From: an uncultured Desulfurococcales archaeon
GTDB taxonomy: Archaea; Thermoproteota; Thermoprotei_A; Sulfolobales; CAZCAU01
Length of the DNA: 63,109 bases
NCBI GenBank assembly: GCA_964496855.1
Contig: CAZCAU010000004.1
Location: 1-63,109 of the forward strand
Direction: 5' to 3'
Positions 57,927 through 63,109 of the stretch are shown here, in pieces; the first letter of the stretch is position 1; each line of letters begins with the position of its first letter. Below the pieces are notes generated by a model. It was given only the letters and a program-made list of their open reading frames with translations, was not told the DNA's origin and searched no databases. A program made the translations under genes and the position numbers.

Positions 57927-58805
57927 CTAAAGACCGCTAATCCTTTTCAGAATATCCGTTCTCGTGATAACACCTGTTACACGACCAGTAGAGTCAACTA
58001 CTATTAGTCTGCCAATATCATGTGTGTTCATTAATTTAATTGCTTTGAGAATATCCTCGTCCTCTCTAATAGTGATGGTCTCTCTAGTCATGTAATCTTT
58101 TACCAAACTATCAGTTCGACCCTCAGCAATAGCTCTAGCTAGGTCTGTCGCTGTCAATACTCCTACAAGCCTTCCTTTATCCATAACTGGGGCTCCACGT
58201 ATTCTGTTGTTGTAGAATATCTTAGCAGCTTCCTGAAGCTTCTGGTTAGGAGTTAAGATTATTAATTGGTGTGAAGCTATGTTTCCAACATACTCTCTAG
58301 GTATGGCAGCCAGTTTTGTGACATACAAGCTTATCTGTCCGCTTACAACATCTATGTGTGTAACTACACCTTCTAGAAATACTCTGGAGTAGGGTGTAGG
58401 ACCTATTCTGAGCTTATCATTAACAGAGACTTGGGAGAAGTCGCCAGTAACACGTAGTACGGCTCGTGCACCTTCAGGATTTAGAAGATCGAGAAGCTCG
58501 AGATTAATCACTGCGAGATTAAGCTCTACGTCTCCTTTATATACCCTTACATAGCCTAAGCCTGGCGCACTTGGCCTTTTGAGTAGTTCAAAGGCTTTGA
58601 GTGTAGGCATGTAACCGCCACTAGGACCTGTCTTAGACTCTACTAAGCCTATGCTTTTAAGACCACTTATTATGTTTCTTACAGTCCCTTCATCTTTATT
58701 TATTAACTCGGCTACTTCTTTACTCTTGACCATTCTCTTGTGTTTCTCGTATAGTTCTACGAGTGCCATTAATACCTCTCTCTGGGTTAGAGTTAACTTA
58801 TACAC
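57927..58805 (-). CDS. Winged-helix DNA-binding domain plus tandem CBS domain regulator
   Basis: N-terminus LTQREVLMALVELYEKH...VKSKEVAELINKDEGTVRNIISGLKSIGLVESK, and two CBS repeats at the C-terminus (GAPVMDKGRLVGVLTATDL..., IGRLIVVDSTGRVTGVITRTDIL). Confidence 0.75.
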   Translation of the reverse strand: MYKLTLTQREVLMALVELYEKHKRMVKSKEVAELINKDEGTVRNIISGLKSIGLVESKTGPSGGYMPTLKAFELLKRPSAPGLGYVRVYKGDVELNLAVINLELLDLLNPEGARAVLRVTGDFSQVSVNDKLRIGPTPYSRVFLEGVVTHIDVVSGQISLYVTKLAAIPREYVGNIASHQLIILTPNQKLQEAAKIFYNNRIRGAPVMDKGRLVGVLTATDLARAIAEGRTDSLVKDYMTRETITIREDEDILKAIKLMNTHDIGRLIVVDSTGRVTGVITRTDILKRISGL

Positions 58806-58901
58806 GTGATCACGCTCCTCACGGCATGTGTTCTAATGTAAATTATAGATTATGCAAGAGTTCTAAGTATAATGTGTAATAGGAAACTATATTTTTTGCT
58901 T

Positions 58902-59645
58902 TTATTTTTTCTTTTTATCCTTTTCTTTTATACTCAATACTTTCCCTAGAACACTCCTTTTAAGGTTAAACACGTCTTTGGCTATAATGTATATGTACTC
59001 GTCACCTGGAGTCGCTTTTGTTATGCCTAGTTTAACTCCTAACGCGTGCTTGTATGCTTCTTTGGATAATTTGTTCTTTATAGATCCGCTAGATATGCCC
59101 TCTGCTATCTTATATGCTATATAGAATCTTGCGTAGTTCTTAGCGGTAAGCGTATGCTCAGGGAGTATCTGGGGCACTGTTTTTAATAATCTAATAAACT
59201 TTTCTTCATCCTCGAAGCCATACAGAGATAGCGTTAGGAAAACACGTAATAGCCTAGCGATAATATTGGCATCTAGCTCTCCGAGAATTTCTGAAAGCTT
59301 CTTCCTTGCTTCCTCGCGTTTTTGAGGATCACTTGATAGCAGTATTTTTCCAGCTTCTTCTAATACTAGCTCTTTGTCAAAGATTTTCTTGAAAAGCTCA
59401 GGGTATTCTTCGTAAAGTCCTAGACCATACCTACCGATGACGTAAAGGCTGGCCATTTCTTTATCGTATAAGTCTTGGGGGAATGCTCTTCCTTTTATAG
59501 GTAGGAGATTGTATTTCTCGTAGACTTTCTTTAGAATCTCGACAACGCTTTCTCTGTTTAAACTCTTAAAATCACTATTGAGTATTATCTCCCAGACATC
59601 TTTAAGTGCTTCTAGACGTTTCTTGTATGGATTTCTTTTCTGCAA
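58902..59645 (-). CDS. Hypothetical helical protein with a Lys-rich tail
   Basis: 247-aa ORF with no motif I can name with confidence. Confidence 0.45.
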   Translation of the reverse strand: MQKRNPYKKRLEALKDVWEIILNSDFKSLNRESVVEILKKVYEKYNLLPIKGRAFPQDLYDKEMASLYVIGRYGLGLYEEYPELFKKIFDKELVLEEAGKILLSSDPQKREEARKKLSEILGELDANIIARLLRVFLTLSLYGFEDEEKFIRLLKTVPQILPEHTLTAKNYARFYIAYKIAEGISSGSIKNKLSKEAYKHALGVKLGITKATPGDEYIYIIAKDVFNLKRSVLGKVLSIKEKDKKKK

Positions 59646-59997
59646 GTTCTATCTCCCTCTCTATCAATCTCTTTATATAGATACTGGTAGCAGTGTTTCG
59701 TGAGTAAACGCGTATCTTACGATTCTTCTTATTTATGTAAAGGAAGTAAGGTATGTTGTCAACTAGGATGAGTGCTTTAATCTTGTTAGGAGACGTCTTA
59801 ATATACTTTACATAGCTATTAGGCCAGTATCTACGAATCTTGAGTATGGTATTGCCTATAGCTCTTATTATGTCTTCTAGTCTATTCATTTTTATTTCCA
59901 GCTCTTCTATACTAGTTCTAGTAATGATAGCCTTTTTAACTCTATGAATATATTGTAGAGTTGGAGACAAAATAGTTTGTGATAGAGAAAAGAGCAA
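59602..59997 (-). CDS. Hypothetical protein
   Basis: 131-aa ORF whose 3' end overlaps the next gene by 44 nt. The start is uncertain (internal Met MNRLEDII...). Confidence 0.35.
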   Translation of the reverse strand: MLFSLSQTILSPTLQYIHRVKKAIITRTSIEELEIKMNRLEDIIRAIGNTILKIRRYWPNSYVKYIKTSPNKIKALILVDNIPYFLYINKKNRKIRVYSRNTATSIYIKRLIEREIELAEKKSIQETSRST

Positions 59998-60018
59998 TGC
60001 ATATGAGAGGCTATAGGA

Positions 60019-60231
60019 TTGTTACAGGAGATCCTTAGAGACGAGGTCTTAGGAGATGTATGTTATTGCTTTTTAGATGATACCAATAGTGATGTATGTG
60101 TAAAGACTTGTATCGATCAAGGTAAGAAGCTTATGGTTGTAATTATTGAAGCAGACAAGAATAGCAGACTATATTCTCTTAAAAAACTTCTAGAAACTAG
60201 TGAACTACCAGTATTAATAATAGCAGAATAG
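60019..60231 (+). CDS. Hypothetical 70-aa protein with weak resemblance to the L7Ae/L30e fold core
   Basis: CIDQGKKLMVVIIEADKNSRLYSLKKLLETSELPVLIIAE resembles the 'G.aklViiA.D....i..l..lce...iP' segment of L7Ae/L30e proteins. The ORF is too short for the full domain and has a TTG start. Confidence 0.25.
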   Translation: MLQEILRDEVLGDVCYCFLDDTNSDVCVKTCIDQGKKLMVVIIEADKNSRLYSLKKLLETSELPVLIIAE

Positions 60232-60300
60232 GCATAGAGATCTCTTATCATGCGATAACTTAATTATTTACTTATAGTTAACAAGGTTATCGGTGGTAAG

Positions 60301-60867
60301 GTGATGCCCTCTTATACAGCCAGGGATATTGCCTCTATCGCTGGTTACTCTGTAGTTGCAGGCATAATCTTCGCCCTAGCATCGCACGTACTAGTAGCAT
60401 TAGTTGGAGGATTAGGCCACATAGGTATTGCAGCTATATACGGTTTCTGGTTTATAGGTGGCACATTAGTAGGATATATTGTTAGAAAACCCTGGAGTGC
60501 TTTTCTTGGAGAAACCATAGGTTCCATAGTAGAGTTGCTAATGTTAAGCCAGTACTCGTGGATGCTCTTTTACTATGGCCCAGCACAGGGTATAATGACG
60601 GAGCTAGTTTTCATGGCTACGAGATACCGTAAATGGGATTATAAGACAATGATGCTTGCAGGCGCCGCTCCAGTAATAGCAGCATATCCATGGGATTGCC
60701 TGGTCTCACCCTATTATCCAGCATGCAGGGACCCGGGTTATCCTTTACATCTACATATAACAATAATAGGGTTAATGCTGATAAGTGGGGCGATAGTGGC
60801 TGGAGTACTAGTTAAAGCAGCTGTGGACGCTGCTGTCAAAGCTGGTGTGCTTCGTGTCAGTCAATAA
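60301..60867 (+). CDS. ECF transporter substrate-binding (S) component, YkoE-like
   Basis: 188 aa with ~6 TM helices (FWFIGGTLVGYIV...). It lies immediately upstream of a fused double ATPase and a T component. Confidence 0.65.
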   Translation: MMPSYTARDIASIAGYSVVAGIIFALASHVLVALVGGLGHIGIAAIYGFWFIGGTLVGYIVRKPWSAFLGETIGSIVELLMLSQYSWMLFYYGPAQGIMTELVFMATRYRKWDYKTMMLAGAAPVIAAYPWDCLVSPYYPACRDPGYPLHLHITIIGLMLISGAIVAGVLVKAAVDAAVKAGVLRVSQ

Positions 60868-62205
60868 ACCCTTACTAGAAACACACGACCTATCTATTCC
60901 TGGTACTAGCATAGATAATCTATCTCTAAGCGTGGATGAAGGAGAAGTAATAGGCGTGCTTGGGGGCACCTCTGTTGGTAAAACAAGTCTCCTATTATCC
61001 ATACTGAGGTTGAGAAAATATCGTGGAAAAATCTTGTATAAGGGTGTAGATATAGAAGAGATACCTAAGGCTGATTATTATAAAGAAGTATTATTAGCAC
61101 CAGAGCAGCCTGAACAAGCCTTTATAGCAAATACTGTGGCTAACGAAGTTGCTTATCAGCTAGAGGAGTGGGGTTTAGATTCCTCCGAGATAAGTAAGAG
61201 GGTATGGGAGAGCTTAGAGCTATTGGGTTTACGAGACTATGCATGGCATCCCATACAAAGCTTGAGTGGCGGATTAAAGAGGAGAGTGTTGCTAGCCAGC
61301 ATTATAGCTGCTAGGCCAAAACTGATCTTAATGGATGCACCGTACTCGGACCTAGATCCGCCTATGCGTAAAGTTCTAACACATGTTATTAATGACATGT
61401 TAAGAACTAGTGCAGGCATTCTAATCACTGGCTCTAAAAGAAGAGAACTAAGAGTAGCAGACAAGCTCATAGAGATAAGAGGAGATGCTCTACCACAAGT
61501 CAGTGTAGAGCCTTTTCTAAAACACATTAAGTCGCAAAGCACTCATCTTAGAGTAAGAGATCTGAGATTCCGATATAGAGGGAATACTAGCTTCGAGCTC
61601 CGAGGCATAAGTTTTGAACATACAACAGGAGAACCACTAATAGTGCTTGGATGTAATGGTGCCGGCAAGACTACTCTAGGGAAGATCCTAGCTGGGTTAC
61701 TCAGGCCTCTTCACGGCCTAGTCAAGATAAATGAGGCTAATCCCGGCTACTACGTCTCAACCTACGTATATCAAGATCCTGAAGAGGGGTTCCTCGGCAA
61801 GACTCTCTTAGAGGATTTAGCTATTAATTTCAAGATAAAAGGATTAGAACATGGGGAGGCAGTCAAATTAGCTAGAGGAATCCTAGACTCTAGCGGGTTA
61901 GGTATTCTTGCTGATAAACCAATATTTACTCTTAGCCGAGGCATCAAGAAACTATACTCTATCTTGGCGGCACTTACTCTGAGCCCTCGCTTAATAGTTT
62001 TTGATGAACCAACCAATAATATTGATGAAAAACTTGAGAACATCGTTGTAGAGCTGATAAGAACGGTTTCGAGAAGAATACTTACTGTAGTCATTACTCA
62101 TGATCTCGAGTTTGCATATAAGCTTGGTGGCACAGCTATAGTCTTACGTAATGGTGTACTAAAACTAGTGGACAAGACAAGAAGCATTAAAGAGGAGGAC
62201 TACTA

Positions 62206-62206
<1 letters not shown>
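60845..62206 (+). CDS. ECF transporter fused double ATPase (EcfA-EcfA', YkoD-like)
   Basis: Two ABC cassettes: GGTSVGKTS / LSGGLKRR / ILMDAPYSDLD and GCNGAGKTT / LSRGIKKL / IVFDEPTNNID. Confidence 0.85.
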
Positions 62207-63008
<802 letters not shown>

Positions 63009-63109
63009 CTTATATACCTTGTATTTAAGCTTTTCCTTAGTGTCCCAGATAAGTTTTTATACCTCTATAAAAGGCAAAGGGCTAATGTTTTTGTTACATA
63101 AGCCGAGGT

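Noticed and set aside
60232-60300. Possible TPP or other riboswitch upstream of the YkoEDC-like ECF transporter
   Set aside because: The leader is only 69 nt. It lacks the conserved TPP-riboswitch elements (CUGAGA / ACCUGAUCUGGAUAAUGCCAGCG-like) and shows no convincing multi-stem structure.
63009-63109. Possible integrated-element attachment site next to tRNA-Arg
   Set aside because: No second copy of the tRNA 3' half and no integrase is visible in the window, and only 100 nt follow the tRNA. It cannot be assessed from this sequence.

Overview
AT-rich, densely coding archaeal chromosomal segment. By inference, the gene content points to a hyperthermophilic crenarchaeon of the Desulfurococcales type. 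Markers are Hjc resolvase, an Mre11-Rad50-NurA-HerA operon, tungsten-type aldehyde:ferredoxin oxidoreductase, a stomatin/NfeD pair, a ParB-like serine-kinase candidate next to a CysK-like enzyme, a GPN-loop GTPase, an archaeal Rnl3-type RNA ligase and a PIN_5/HARP-like protein. I call about 65 protein genes, most of them housekeeping: ValRS, AsnRS, ThrC, ProC, ThiI, SufC plus SufB/D, Dph6, TatD, Nudix, acylphosphatase, a YkoEDC-like ECF transporter. There is one tRNA-Arg(TCG) at the right end. I saw no rRNA, CRISPR array, transposase, integrase or recognisable defence island. The left ~9.7 kb is atypical because it carries at least four decayed genes: a frameshifted 4-OT tautomerase, a multiply disrupted HdrA N-terminal fragment, a P1B-ATPase split at a C6 run, and a CopA remnant with a large internal deletion. 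It also contains two long ORF-free tracts. I did not find a clear-cut new system. The best leads are: (i) the divergent RNA ligase / HARP-like PIN / Lhr helicase neighbourhood, bracketed by a shared 11-mer; (ii) a fifth gene tightly coupled to herA that looks like an amidohydrolase without its HxH metal motif, with a second such paralogue at 41.5 kb; (iii) a dUTPase-family gene coupled to an EndoIII-like Cys-rich protein; (iv) the overlapping ParB-like/CysK-like pair; (v) a tRNA gene whose 5' end overlaps the stop codon of the ECF T-component gene. All functional calls rest on motif recognition by eye. No database search was run.
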